Virus record (IMG/VR): IMGVR_UViG_3300046721_000269
Strand: one strand, 5' to 3'
Length of the DNA: 64,000 bases
Source of the DNA: an uncultured virus (IMG/VR IMGVR_UViG_3300046721_000269)
Taxonomy: Duplodnaviria > Heunggongvirae > Uroviricota > Caudoviricetes
Part shown: in pieces, positions 1 through 8,784 of the stretch
Numbering within the stretch: the first letter of the stretch is position 1
Layout of the letters: each line of letters starts with the position of its first letter
Translations under genes and position numbers: made by a program
The notes under the pieces: generated by a model
Told to the model about the DNA's origin: nothing
Databases searched by the model: none
What the model saw: only the letters and a program-made list of their open reading frames with translations

Positions 1-272
1 GTAATGGTCCAGTTGAACTGCTGGCCGATTGCAACCAGCGCCTTGCTGCAATCCTCCCGACCACCACCGCAAATCACGGTGTAACTCCGCCGGTGCTCTT
101 CCCCTCCCTTGATCCCGCTCAGCTCCGTGTACGTGCTGGCCTCCCATCGGATCTTGCCGAATGCCTGATCCACTTCCTTGGTCTGGCGCGGGCCAGCTTC
201 GGATGTCCACTTTTGGGGTTTCGCCGGCTGAAGAGTCGCGGGCCTCATATCTACTGCTATTGTATCGCTCAT
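1..272 (-). CDS. hypothetical phage protein, partial (runs off left edge)
   Basis: ATG at 272; frame MSDTIAVDMRPATLQ...GQQFNWTI stays open to position 1; same strand as neighbouring genes; preceded by the repeated leader element. Confidence 0.6.
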   Translation of the reverse strand, partial: MSDTIAVDMRPATLQPAKPQKWTSEAGPRQTKEVDQAFGKIRWEASTYTELSGIKGGEEHRRSYTVICGGGREDCSKALVAIGQQFNWTI

Positions 273-281
273 GTTTTGATT

Positions 282-316
282 TTGGTTGAACTGTTAGTCG
301 GAGCGTTGTTGCTCCG
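282..316 (-). promoter_or_regulatory. repeated 5' leader element (GGAGC/GCTCC hairpin + TAACAGTTCAACCAA), copy 1
   Basis: 15-bp ttggttgaactgtta at 282-296 identical to 1097-1111; adjacent hairpin cggagc-gttgtt-gctccg. Confidence 0.5.
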
Positions 317-360
317 CAGGTCCCGCCGACCGCCGACGGGACCTCCGGAATGACCTCGCC

Positions 361-1095
361 CTATTCTTCCTTGAGTGTTTCGTCAACCGCTCGGAGTGCC
401 TTCTTGGTGTTGCCCTCCTCAAGCTCGTTGCGAATAACGTGCAGGCCCGCATAGACCAGTTGCAGCTTCTCCTTCAGGTCGCTGATCCGCTCGACCAGCG
501 CTTCCAACTTGACCATCTCCACCCTTACCTCTTCCTTCGCAGGCTTCTCCCGTTTCTCGCACAACCGGGCAATCTCCTTGAGCCGCACAGTCGGAGCAAT
601 GTCGGTGTTGTTGGCAGTCAGCTCGATTGCGAGCAACAAGTCAGCACGTTTAGGCGGAGGCTTAATCCCCAGGAGCCTGCGCGCCTCCCGAACAAAGTTG
701 TCCATGCCCTCGGTCCAGTGCCCCATCATCGGCCCTTCCAACTCGGCAAGCATGCTTTCCAGGACATCCTGAGCCGTCCGCGGTTTCGGTGGCGCAACCT
801 GTTCGACGGCGAGCACGTCCACCAGGCCCTCAAACGCCTCGAACGAAATGTGCTCCGCCGGGTCCGGCATGACGTGGATTTCATTGGCCAGTTGTTCCGC
901 GATCGCCAGCAGCTTGGGATAGCGGTTCGCGCAGTTGGTCAGGAAGTTACCGATCTGTTGGTGCGCTGCTACGGCCGGCACGCTGGCAAGGATGATGCCC
1001 TCGGTTGTCTCGACGGTGTTGGTTTCAGGGTGATACTCGTAAGGCCCGCTCATAACGCTGGCCATCAATGATTTTGTCTCGCTTGGTTTACTCAT
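361..1095 (-). CDS. hypothetical phage protein with C-terminal coiled coil
   Basis: ORF 361..1149; likely start ATG 1095 (MSKPSETK) directly after the repeated leader. Confidence 0.7.
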   Translation of the reverse strand: MSKPSETKSLMASVMSGPYEYHPETNTVETTEGIILASVPAVAAHQQIGNFLTNCANRYPKLLAIAEQLANEIHVMPDPAEHISFEAFEGLVDVLAVEQVAPPKPRTAQDVLESMLAELEGPMMGHWTEGMDNFVREARRLLGIKPPPKRADLLLAIELTANNTDIAPTVRLKEIARLCEKREKPAKEEVRVEMVKLEALVERISDLKEKLQLVYAGLHVIRNELEEGNTKKALRAVDETLKEE

Positions 1096-1096
1096 A

Positions 1097-1127
1097 TTGG
1101 TTGAACTGTTATTGGAGCTTGGCTCCG
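1097..1127 (-). promoter_or_regulatory. repeated 5' leader element, copy 2
   Basis: ttggttgaactgtta 1097-1111 plus ggagc-ttg-gctcc hairpin 1114-1126. Confidence 0.5.
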
Positions 1128-1197
1128 GTGAGACGCCCGCAGGTAGCATTGAGCGATGCTAGTTCGTGAGGATTTCCCCACGGGCGCCTCAACGGTG

Positions 1198-1860
1198 CTA
1201 AGTTAATTCCTTGTCCACCGCCGCCACATTGGCGGGAGTCGGTCCCAAGGTGTTTCGGATGCCTCGATGCAAGGTGCAGATCATCTCCCAAACCTCGCCG
1301 GTATCGGTATATTCCTCCGCGTTGCTTTTGGCGTGCAGGTCCTCAAAGCAGGTAGCGATCGCCCTGAGGTTCCCCTCCAATGCCGCTACACGCGCCCTGA
1401 GCTGCTCCTCCGGAGTTGGTGGACGCTTTGAGCACATGAGCGTATGTAAACCCGTCATGCCGCACTCCTCGCACGGGGTTTGCCTCTTAATCTGCTCGGC
1501 CAACTCCTCCCGCTGCTGCTGATTGCTCGGGATAAGCCCGCGTGACATCAGGTTAAGCTGTGCCACAAGGTAATTGAGCCTCAACCCGTAGTCGGACCCA
1601 TCAATGATGACGAGCGAATCCTCCGCGGTTTCCCCGTCCCAGTATAGCAAGGTGGGATGCTCGGTGCGCCATCCCTCAAACGTCTTGCGTGCCGACCCGT
1701 AGGACTTACACGAGCAAATGAGCCGCTGTTTGGGGTTCTTCGCGTAAATCTGCGTACCCGACTGCGCCAGCACAAAGAACCGATTGCCGCTTTTTACCGC
1801 TGCAATCATCTCTAAATGCGATTTTGGGATCACTGCCTCTATTAACTCTTCCAGTCTCAT
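1198..1860 (-). CDS. hypothetical phage protein (CxxC...H...C motif)
   Basis: 220 aa ORF; 4-bp overlap with upstream gene. Confidence 0.7.
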   Translation of the reverse strand: MRLEELIEAVIPKSHLEMIAAVKSGNRFFVLAQSGTQIYAKNPKQRLICSCKSYGSARKTFEGWRTEHPTLLYWDGETAEDSLVIIDGSDYGLRLNYLVAQLNLMSRGLIPSNQQQREELAEQIKRQTPCEECGMTGLHTLMCSKRPPTPEEQLRARVAALEGNLRAIATCFEDLHAKSNAEEYTDTGEVWEMICTLHRGIRNTLGPTPANVAAVDKELT

Positions 1861-2285
1861 AGCGCGCCTCCCGTCCGGTTCATGGCCGTGCGTGCCCCCT
1901 CAAGGTCGATGTTGCCAGCAACCCAATAGCCGTCCGGATTGCCCTCGTCCTGGTGGATGTTCTCAAGCTGCGATATCAACCCGCCGAGCTGCTCCCGCAA
2001 CAATTCAATCTGCGTGGATAGGTCCAGGCTCGTGTTAGGGTGTTGCGCTGACTCAGCTATCCAGGCCTCCAGCAAACGAAACTCCGGCTCAGGAAGCATG
2101 TCAGGGACCTCGGTAAAGCCCTCGTCCTCTTTGAATTCATCGGAGCACGCCTCACAAAGGTCGTGGCTCTGCTTTTCGTCAGTCTCAAGGCAGTAAGCAA
2201 AGATTTCTCCTGGCATGAATTCCCGCCCGCATGCCTCGCAGTTCTGCTTAATCCGCTCGTATGGGTCCTCGTGCTTATTTGGCAT
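1857..2285 (-). CDS. hypothetical protein with zinc-finger-like CxxC pairs
   Basis: CEACG...CEAC; likely start MPNKHED at 2285 after GGAGGG. Confidence 0.65.
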   Translation of the reverse strand: MPNKHEDPYERIKQNCEACGREFMPGEIFAYCLETDEKQSHDLCEACSDEFKEDEGFTEVPDMLPEPEFRLLEAWIAESAQHPNTSLDLSTQIELLREQLGGLISQLENIHQDEGNPDGYWVAGNIDLEGARTAMNRTGGAL

Positions 2286-2625
2286 CGAACTGCCCTCCCT
2301 TCCCCTGCGTCTCAGCTTCGTAGTGCATCCGGCCATTCTCAATCAACTCGGCAAGGTTCAACCGCCCCTTGCTATCGCAGTAGTTATGCCGATCGCACCA
2401 GTGCGCTAGGTCCGCTATCAAGTCGCCTACCGCGGTTTCAGTGGTGTCCACTCCCGTCGCTACGCAGAAGGCCTGTAACGCTGCCTCCGCCCATTCGGCC
2501 CGTGCATCGTTTCCAGGCTCTTCACCCGCATACTCGCCGTTGGGAACCCCCCGCGGTCTACCGCAGGAGGCATTCATCACCATCTCGGCAAACTGGTTTT
2601 CCCGCCGCTCTTCAACCTTAGGCAT
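2275..2625 (-). CDS. conserved-looking small phage early protein
   Basis: NDARAEWAEAAL...DLIADLAHWCD...HYEAE motif; GGAGGA RBS. Confidence 0.7.
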   Translation of the reverse strand: MPKVEERRENQFAEMVMNASCGRPRGVPNGEYAGEEPGNDARAEWAEAALQAFCVATGVDTTETAVGDLIADLAHWCDRHNYCDSKGRLNLAELIENGRMHYEAETQGKGGQFDAK

Positions 2626-3406
2626 GGTAGTATTCCTCCCTGGTTGCGGTCATTCCCTCGCTCGTCAACGCTTCATCGTCCAACTCGTTAAAGAACGATT
2701 CCAGCTCCGTGAATGGCTCGCACCCGCCGCTTTTGCGGGTCGTCTCCAAACACATCCCGTTGGCGTACGGCTCAAACACCGTCACAACCGGTTTCTTTTC
2801 CTGGCGGTCCCAAAGAACAAGCTGCCCCTCCATGGCCTCAGGCACGTCCGGATACTGCTCCCGTATGGCCCCCACAATCCAAACAAACCGCGGATTGTCC
2901 TCCCTCGCCTCTTCCCAACAGAGCCCAAGGCTCAAGTCCCATACCTCGACGTTCCGCTGGCCCTCAGGATCCGGCACAAGAATCGTTTCGGCCGGGACCC
3001 GCGAATCAGCCTCGTCATAGTTCGGGTCGTGGACGACAAGCTCGTTGCCATCAAAGCCCGCAGTCAAATAGCCCCCGTCATTACCATTCTCAGCCGCTCG
3101 CTCCGCCTGCTTCTGAATGAACTTCTCGACCTCGGCGCGCTCGGCGTAAGGGTGAGCCCATCCGTTCCAGCGCTCCGTCGGCGCGGTCCAGGCTCGGATA
3201 TACCGCTCTTCACCATCGAAGCCGACCCATCCCAACCGATACACGTGCTCGGGCGTTGCGTCCCATTCCACAACCTCAGTCACGGGGATTCTGCACCCAA
3301 ATCCGCCGCCCTCAGGGAATGCCTTAACTACTCCGGCTGTTCTGCACTGCTCGGGCGGGTCCAGCCGGTAGTACCTCCCGTTCTTCGCTTTTATCAAGTT
3401 ACTCAT
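2618..3406 (-). CDS. hypothetical phage protein (WNGWxxP motif)
   Basis: ORF 2618..3442, likely start ATG 3406; coupled to next gene. Confidence 0.7.
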   Translation of the reverse strand: MSNLIKAKNGRYYRLDPPEQCRTAGVVKAFPEGGGFGCRIPVTEVVEWDATPEHVYRLGWVGFDGEERYIRAWTAPTERWNGWAHPYAERAEVEKFIQKQAERAAENGNDGGYLTAGFDGNELVVHDPNYDEADSRVPAETILVPDPEGQRNVEVWDLSLGLCWEEAREDNPRFVWIVGAIREQYPDVPEAMEGQLVLWDRQEKKPVVTVFEPYANGMCLETTRKSGGCEPFTELESFFNELDDEALTSEGMTATREEYYHA

Positions 3407-3476
3407 TTTGCTTGGTTTTCTGTGGGGCTTGGTTACTCCCACGGTGAACCCTCCGCGTCAGGGCTCAACGTGTCAG

Positions 3477-3869
3477 TTATGGAGCCTCCCGCGTCACCTT
3501 GGTTTCCGACGCCAGCTCGGCCATGCCCATTCGAACCCCATCGGCTGTCTTGTAGTAGCCTTGCCGCTCGAACCGGCGGAGAAACCGTGTCATAGCTGCC
3601 TCAGCCTCGCCTCGCGTGTGATACTCCCCGTCGGCCACGTCGGTCAGACCGTCCGGCCCGACCACATACCAAAGCTCAACCTCGGGCCAGCCTTGGGAAG
3701 TGCACTCCTTGCGCCACTTGCCAAACTCGTGCTCGTCGGCAAAGGTCATCGTATAGGAATTGTCCGGCTGGTCCGCGCACTCCCACGTCACCACAATGCC
3801 CGCGGCCGTGCGTTCAATCACAAACCGGCCATATTCGCGGCCACGCATATCGGGTAGCATTGTCCTCAT
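3477..3869 (-). CDS. hypothetical phage protein
   Basis: ORF 3477..3914, likely start ATG 3869 overlapping previous stop (ATGA). Confidence 0.65.
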   Translation of the reverse strand: MRTMLPDMRGREYGRFVIERTAAGIVVTWECADQPDNSYTMTFADEHEFGKWRKECTSQGWPEVELWYVVGPDGLTDVADGEYHTRGEAEAAMTRFLRRFERQGYYKTADGVRMGMAELASETKVTREAP

Positions 3870-4219
3870 GACACCCCCCCTTCCCCAATCGCCTTGAGTG
3901 CCTCGGCCAACCACTCGGCGTGCTCGTCGGCGTCATCGCCCTCCCCAATGATGCTTACCGCTCGGCTCAACAGCCCCGAATACGTAAGCGCGCACCATCT
4001 GGCGAACGTCTCCCGGTTGATTTCCAACCTTTCGATATTTGTGGCCTTGAGGCAATAATCCATCAAAACCTTGTCCGCCTCGTAATTCCAACCGAGCTGC
4101 TTAGCCCGCTCCATTACCGCAGTTTCGGCTTCAATCATCTCCTCGGTTTCCTCGGTCGGCTTGGACCTCGCCATTGCCAGCGCGTTGTCGAACGCTACCA
4201 AGACTTGCGCAAAGCTCAT
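3866..4219 (-). CDS. hypothetical phage protein
   Basis: 117 aa ORF, ATGA overlaps on both sides, GGAGGG RBS. Confidence 0.7.
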   Translation of the reverse strand: MSFAQVLVAFDNALAMARSKPTEETEEMIEAETAVMERAKQLGWNYEADKVLMDYCLKATNIERLEINRETFARWCALTYSGLLSRAVSIIGEGDDADEHAEWLAEALKAIGEGGVS

Positions 4220-5001
4220 GACACCCTCCTTCCCTCAGAAGTCCCAAGCCGTTTGTGCTCCATCGCCCACGCCAAAAACGCACCCTTAACCTTCTCCATC
4301 TCCTCACCGTAAAGCGCGTTGTCCTCGCCCTGATGCCCCGTCCATCCATACAGCCCCATCAGCGCCCAAGCCACAAACCGGGATTGCTCCGGCTCAGAGC
4401 TGTCCATCCCGTTGATCCCTGCGTTATCCAGGCACTCCTGCGCTATCGCGTAGTTGCACGCCCGCATGCATGCATCCAGGCTCGGCACAAATCCCCCGAC
4501 CTCAGCCACGGCTTTGGCTATCGCTCCGGCAATCACAACCGGGTCGGCCTCGTCATCTTTGGCCGCGCTTATCCGCGTATCGAACCACTGGTCGACCTTG
4601 AATTCGTTCCCATCCTTATCGTGCATCTGGCCAGCCCATGTGTCCCCTGCGTCCCCAATCGCCCATGAACAATCACCCTCCAACAGCACGGACACGTAAC
4701 CCGGATACTCGTTGACCGAGTCAATACCCATCACGTCCAGCCGGTCGATCACCTGCTCAATCACCGTCCCGCCCGCGATATCAATCGCCATGTTCGCCGC
4801 CACATCCTTCCGCGTCGAATCACCCGCGGTTTTCAGGCTCCCGCCCTCGTAAAACGTCTCACACGAAACCGCGCAGTTGTTGGGCTCAAAACTGCACTCC
4901 TCCCGCTGCCCATCACTGTAATACGCCACCAGCTTGATCAGCCGTTGACGGTCGTTATCACGGTAATCCCGCGTCCTTCGCTCAACTATTTTATTGCTCA
5001 C
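4216..5001 (-). CDS. hypothetical phage protein
   Basis: ORF 4216..5046, likely start GTG 5001 (MSNKIVERR) after GAGG. Confidence 0.7.
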   Translation of the reverse strand: MSNKIVERRTRDYRDNDRQRLIKLVAYYSDGQREECSFEPNNCAVSCETFYEGGSLKTAGDSTRKDVAANMAIDIAGGTVIEQVIDRLDVMGIDSVNEYPGYVSVLLEGDCSWAIGDAGDTWAGQMHDKDGNEFKVDQWFDTRISAAKDDEADPVVIAGAIAKAVAEVGGFVPSLDACMRACNYAIAQECLDNAGINGMDSSEPEQSRFVAWALMGLYGWTGHQGEDNALYGEEMEKVKGAFLAWAMEHKRLGTSEGRRVS

Positions 5002-5003
5002 TT

Positions 5004-5162
5004 CTACCTCACAAACAGCACGGATAAACGCGCCGCAGCAAGCCACATCGCGGCCACGTCCGCCACGATAAGGAAAGTGTAGATCACTCGGTGAAACCGG
5101 GATGATTCTAACCTCTCGAAAAGAGATTGCTCCTCGAAGTACTGCTCACGATCACGTCTCAT
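5004..5162 (-). CDS. 52-aa small protein with C-terminal hydrophobic segment (not in ORF track)
   Basis: MRRDREQYFEEQSLFERLESSRFHRVIYTFLIVADVAAMWLAAARLSVLFVR; first ORF after the leftward promoter. Confidence 0.5.
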   Translation of the reverse strand: MRRDREQYFEEQSLFERLESSRFHRVIYTFLIVADVAAMWLAAARLSVLFVR

Positions 5163-5171
5163 GCTGACGCA

Positions 5172-5200
5172 AGCATACGCCCCTTATCCCGATAAGGCAA
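5172..5200 (-). promoter_or_regulatory. sigma70-type leftward early promoter with operator-like palindrome in the spacer
   Basis: TTGCCT-17-TATGCT on minus strand; ccttatc-cc-gataagg inverted repeat at 5182-5197. Confidence 0.65.
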
Positions 5201-5247
5201 GAATTTTACCCCTTGACGCGGTCCGTAAAAGAGCGGATAAGTGCGCC

Positions 5248-5367
5248 AATGAGCGATTGCTGTCGCAGGATGGATACTGCTTCAAGAATCTGGCGAAAGC
5301 CGGAAGTTGGTATCCATCCAATTCGTTCCCGCCCCTCGTGCAGCAACACCAGGGGCATTTTCTTTTT
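5248..5367 (+). ncRNA. candidate ~120 nt structured small RNA
   Basis: TTGACG-17-GATAAG upstream (5213-5241); perfect 10-bp stem 5268-5277/5310-5319 enclosing a GAAA-tetraloop hairpin; terminator gcccct..aggggc + U tract 5331-5367. Confidence 0.45.
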
Positions 5368-5639
5368 CCCGCTGGTGCGCGCCTACCCTCCCAACCGAGT
5401 GGCGCGCGTACCATAACGACTAGCACATAAACCCCGAGCGGCCTGCGCGTCGTTTCGCTCGGCAGATAGACCCTTGTGGCCTGCAACATGGCCCAACGGC
5501 TCTGCAAAAACCCAACGATGCGCCAAAGCCGTTTTACCGTGTGACCGTTCCGGCCCGTTCCAGGAGGCGCTACGATACCACCCGCCACACCGTTCACCAT
5601 TTTATGAGGGGGGAACCCTCTTGCGCTCACATCCCTTCC

Positions 5640-6300
5640 TCCGACCCTCACCCCAATCCCCGACCGACCGAACCAACCCCAAACCGGACCGCCGATGTCA
5701 CGAGTCACCAAAGGCGAGTGGGGACCTTTCGCGAGCGGGAGCGCGTTCTCAAGGTTGAGAATGGATCGTACCGGGATTCTATTAAACCGACCAAACGGTT
5801 CCTCGGAGGTTCCCCCGACCGGCAGAATTCGAAGCTGTTCACGCCTGGAACGGCAAAACCGCGTTCCCGGCCGGTCGGAGGTCGACATTGCCGGCCGAAA
5901 AACCGCCGGCGCAATCGGCCTGGCGGCTCGACCGACCCTCCTCGGGGGGAGAGCGGGGCACCCCGCCGGACCGTGGCCAGAACGCGGGATACGTCACTGC
6001 TGGCCTCAGAGATTTTTTGGGGTTGGTTTGGGGTTTCGGGGCTTTTGGTTAGTGGAAGTGCTTACTCCTTCGGAAGATGGCAACAAAACGAGGTATGGGG
6101 GCAAGGGGTTAGTAGGAGGGGGGTACGGGGGGAACCTTGAAGGGGTGAGGGGGTTGGAGGGTGAAGGACCCCCACCGTTTTTGGGGGGGGTTGTTTTGGT
6201 CGGGTGTTGATTTGGAGGGGTTTAGGGGTGTGGGGTCCGTAGTAGACCTACCCCAAAAACGGTGGTGGTGGTGGTGGGGACCACCCCCAAAAACGGTGGT
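5640..6300. repeat. non-coding repeat region (possible genome end / pac / origin)
   Basis: ccccaaaaacggtgg at 6251 and 6285 with inverted copy at 6172-6186; ccgaaccaaccccaaa 5668-5683 inverted at 6016-6031 (1 mismatch); several CCGACC; GGT runs. Confidence 0.55.
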
Positions 6301-6374
6301 GGTTGAAAATGGGACAGTTGTTCCACGTGGAAAGTGGGCGGCAAGTATCGGTGAGCAGCCAAGGCGGGCGGATG

Positions 6375-6626
6375 TCAATTTTGCTGAGTGTCGAGGCGGG
6401 CGAGTTCCTGGTCGATGAGGATATCGCGGGAGCCGTTGAGCCAGCCCTGGATGTAGGCGACGAGGCAGTCGCGGCGGTGTTTGGGTTGGCGGAGGAGATG
6501 AGGGGAATGGTTGATGAAGGCGAGCCAGCCGCGGGCGATGATGGGTCTGGCGTCGGGCGGGATGCCGCGGGTTTTGGCTTCCTGATTGAAGTCGAAGCGC
6601 TGGCGGAGTTCTTGACCTTTGGTCAT
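6375..6626 (-). CDS. hypothetical protein
   Basis: C-terminal part of ORF 6375..6839; likely start MTKGQELRQ at 6626. Confidence 0.5.
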   Translation of the reverse strand: MTKGQELRQRFDFNQEAKTRGIPPDARPIIARGWLAFINHSPHLLRQPKHRRDCLVAYIQGWLNGSRDILIDQELARLDTQQN

Positions 6627-6636
6627 GTGGTTGTGG

Positions 6637-6969
6637 TCAATCGTGGGCGTCACCGTTGTCGATGTAGCCATGCCAGCAGCCGCCGACCTGGATGGAGCGG
6701 GCCTGGTTTGGGGGCATGGCATTGAGGGTGAGGTCTTGGAGGCTGGTCCCGTCGAATTTCCAGCGGCCGGGGCCTGGAAGTTTGGAGTCGGGGACACCGC
6801 GGCCAGCGGCCCAAAGGATGAGGGAATGGCAACCGACATTCGTGCCGAGTTTCCGGAAGCAGCCAGGGCAAAGGAGGATGAGGCCTTGAGCTTCGGGGAG
6901 CGAGTCGACGAAGGTGTAGCTGTTGTCGGTGATTTTGACGAGGCGGGCTTCGAGGTCGGAGAGTTTCAT
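6637..6969 (-). CDS. DUF6527-like Cys/His metal-binding protein
   Basis: CPGC...H...W.FDG...LTL...SI...CWHGYIDNG pattern. Confidence 0.6.
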   Translation of the reverse strand: MKLSDLEARLVKITDNSYTFVDSLPEAQGLILLCPGCFRKLGTNVGCHSLILWAAGRGVPDSKLPGPGRWKFDGTSLQDLTLNAMPPNQARSIQVGGCWHGYIDNGDAHD

Positions 6970-7487
6970 CGTGGGTTAGTGGGTGGATGGAAGTGGACTT
7001 CCTTGGCGAGTATGGCGGTTTGGTTGCCCGGTTGGACTTTGGAGCCGGGGATGAAGGACGGGGTAACGTCATCGGCCACGCCGTCGGGGGAGATGTTGGC
7101 GCGGCCGCCTTCCATGGTGACGGAGAGGGCTTGTGAATCGGTGAGGCGGGCGGCGAGGTAGCCGATGGTTTGGGCTGTGTCGCGCATTTCCTTGAGCCGG
7201 CCTTTTTTGTTTTTGTCGGCGTGGAGGTCCTCAAGGGCGGAGTAGAGCATTTTCATGGAGCGATCGAGGATGGTTTGGGCGATGAGCGCGCGGCCGCGAT
7301 GGGTGCGGATAGTGCCGAGGGAATGGACGTGGATACCGAGTCGCTGCAGATCGATGAGGGCCTCGGGGCCGATATCGGCAAAGCCCTGGCGTTTGAGTGC
7401 GGCGATGGCTTCCTCGGGGAGGACTTGGGGCTCGTCGATGGAGACGGGGACGGCGGGGGGTTTTGGGGCGATGGGTTGGTCAGACAT
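6966..7487 (-). CDS. hypothetical helical protein (possible small terminase, unproven)
   Basis: ORF 6966..7634, likely start MSDQPIAP at 7487; ATGA overlap with downstream gene. Confidence 0.55.
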   Translation of the reverse strand: MSDQPIAPKPPAVPVSIDEPQVLPEEAIAALKRQGFADIGPEALIDLQRLGIHVHSLGTIRTHRGRALIAQTILDRSMKMLYSALEDLHADKNKKGRLKEMRDTAQTIGYLAARLTDSQALSVTMEGGRANISPDGVADDVTPSFIPGSKVQPGNQTAILAKEVHFHPPTNPR

Positions 7488-7968
7488 TTGCGAGCGGGTA
7501 GGAGTTGAGGTTAAGGGGCCAGCCTTTGGAGCCGTGCGAGGCGTTGGAGAGCCAGCAGTTAGACGGGATCCGGTTCTTGAGCGGGAGCAGGCACCAGCAG
7601 CCCAGGCGGAGGAGGTTGCCGTGGTGGTCCACATAGGTTCGGCCAGGTGTGCCGCACGTCCTGCGGGATTTGTTGTAGAGTGGGCAATGGTGGCAGTGGA
7701 GTTGGCGGCTGAGGCGCGTCGATTTGGTTGGGTTGAGTGGGTGATTGGGGCGCAGGACCAGGAAGTATAGCAGCATCCAGAGCGGCCTTAACCCGTCGTG
7801 AAGCAAGCACAGGGGGTTTTGAAAAGTCACCAAGCACGCGGATATCGCCGTGAAGCCGCCCTTTAAAATCAGCGGCAGATGGGCGGCGAGCACCCGTGTA
7901 CCACGCCATGAAGATGCGAAGTGAAATGCTAACGCGCCTGCGCAACGATCCGACGATTCTCTCTGCAT
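7480..7968 (-). CDS. Cys-rich zinc-binding phage protein overlapping the 3' end of the upstream gene
   Basis: CHHCP...TCG...GCWCLLPLK...CW...W motif; start uncertain (ATG 7776 possible). Confidence 0.55.
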   Translation of the reverse strand: MQRESSDRCAGALAFHFASSWRGTRVLAAHLPLILKGGFTAISACLVTFQNPLCLLHDGLRPLWMLLYFLVLRPNHPLNPTKSTRLSRQLHCHHCPLYNKSRRTCGTPGRTYVDHHGNLLRLGCWCLLPLKNRIPSNCWLSNASHGSKGWPLNLNSYPLANV

Positions 7969-8719
7969 ACTCCCTGAACCCTAGCTGTGCGCGGCGCTCG
8001 AATTCAACTCTTCTTGTCTGTTTGAACCAGGAAGGCTTGAGTTCGACCTCGATGCCTCGGTCAAGGAGGCCGGAGCCGACGGCGACCAGGTCGAGCGAGC
8101 AGAAATCCTCGTAGACGCGCCCGGTGTGCAGCATGCGCTGTTGTTCGGCCCATTCGGCTTCCCTCATCCAGGGGCCGAGCTCGGGGAATTTCTTGTGCAG
8201 GATTTCCTTCCAGTTGACGCGGTAGGGGCAGACGTGGAGCTGGAAGAGGAAGAAGTCGACGGGCTTCTCCTGGTTGATGAGCCAGTTGGCTGCGTGGGTG
8301 CAGAACAGGCGCCAGAGGCGCTCGAGCTCTTCACGGGATTGGACGCCGGTTTCGTTGGACTGCCAGAGTGCATCCAGGAATTCATCGCGATCGGCGCGGA
8401 GGGCGGGATCGGTTTGGGGCTGTTGCGAGAGGCGCGGTTGTTCCCAGGAGAAGAGCAGCTCGGGATGTTGGGGCGGTTGCGGGTCGGCATGGACGGCCAG
8501 GTCGACGGCTCGAACGAACCATTGGCCGGGGTGAGCTTCCTCGGTCCAGGCGCAGAGCTCGCGGCACTGGGCGGCGAAAGCGTTTTCCTGGGCGAAAGAT
8601 AGTTCCATGGCGTGGGCGAAGCGGTAGGTCAGGGGGCGTTGGGAGACGACCTCAACGAGGATGGGGATAGTCCAGAGGACGGGACGCCTGCCGCGGAGCT
8701 TCCAAAGTTCAGATGCCAT
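7559..8719 (-). CDS. hypothetical protein with Pro-rich C-terminal tail
   Basis: 386 aa ORF; TTGCGC-17-TAAAAG promoter 6 nt upstream. Confidence 0.65.
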   Translation of the reverse strand: MASELWKLRGRRPVLWTIPILVEVVSQRPLTYRFAHAMELSFAQENAFAAQCRELCAWTEEAHPGQWFVRAVDLAVHADPQPPQHPELLFSWEQPRLSQQPQTDPALRADRDEFLDALWQSNETGVQSREELERLWRLFCTHAANWLINQEKPVDFFLFQLHVCPYRVNWKEILHKKFPELGPWMREAEWAEQQRMLHTGRVYEDFCSLDLVAVGSGLLDRGIEVELKPSWFKQTRRVEFERRAQLGFREYAERIVGSLRRRVSISLRIFMAWYTGARRPSAADFKGRLHGDIRVLGDFSKPPVLASRRVKAALDAAILPGPAPQSPTQPNQIDAPQPPTPLPPLPTLQQIPQDVRHTWPNLCGPPRQPPPPGLLVPAPAQEPDPV

Positions 8720-8767
8720 AAGAAACTTTTACTCAGAGCTTGCAATGGGCGCAAGGCGCTGTAAAAC
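8720..8767. promoter_or_regulatory. overlapping divergent promoters
   Basis: minus: TTGCGC(8749-54)-17-TAAAAG(8726-31); plus: TTGCAA(8740-45)-16-TAAAAC(8762-67). Confidence 0.55.
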
Positions 8768-8784
8768 AGACGGCACCAACGAAC

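Noticed and set aside
2441..3595. 384-aa plus-strand ORF
   Set aside because: Antisense shadow of coupled minus-strand genes; no motifs or RBS
6251..6303. Possible mini-CRISPR (two ~19-bp repeats)
   Set aside because: Only two direct copies, spacer is a GGT run, no cas genes
5184..6418. Several 70-230 aa ORFs in the repeat region
   Set aside because: Arg/Gly/Pro-rich translations of repetitive GC-rich DNA on both strands; no coherent coding signal
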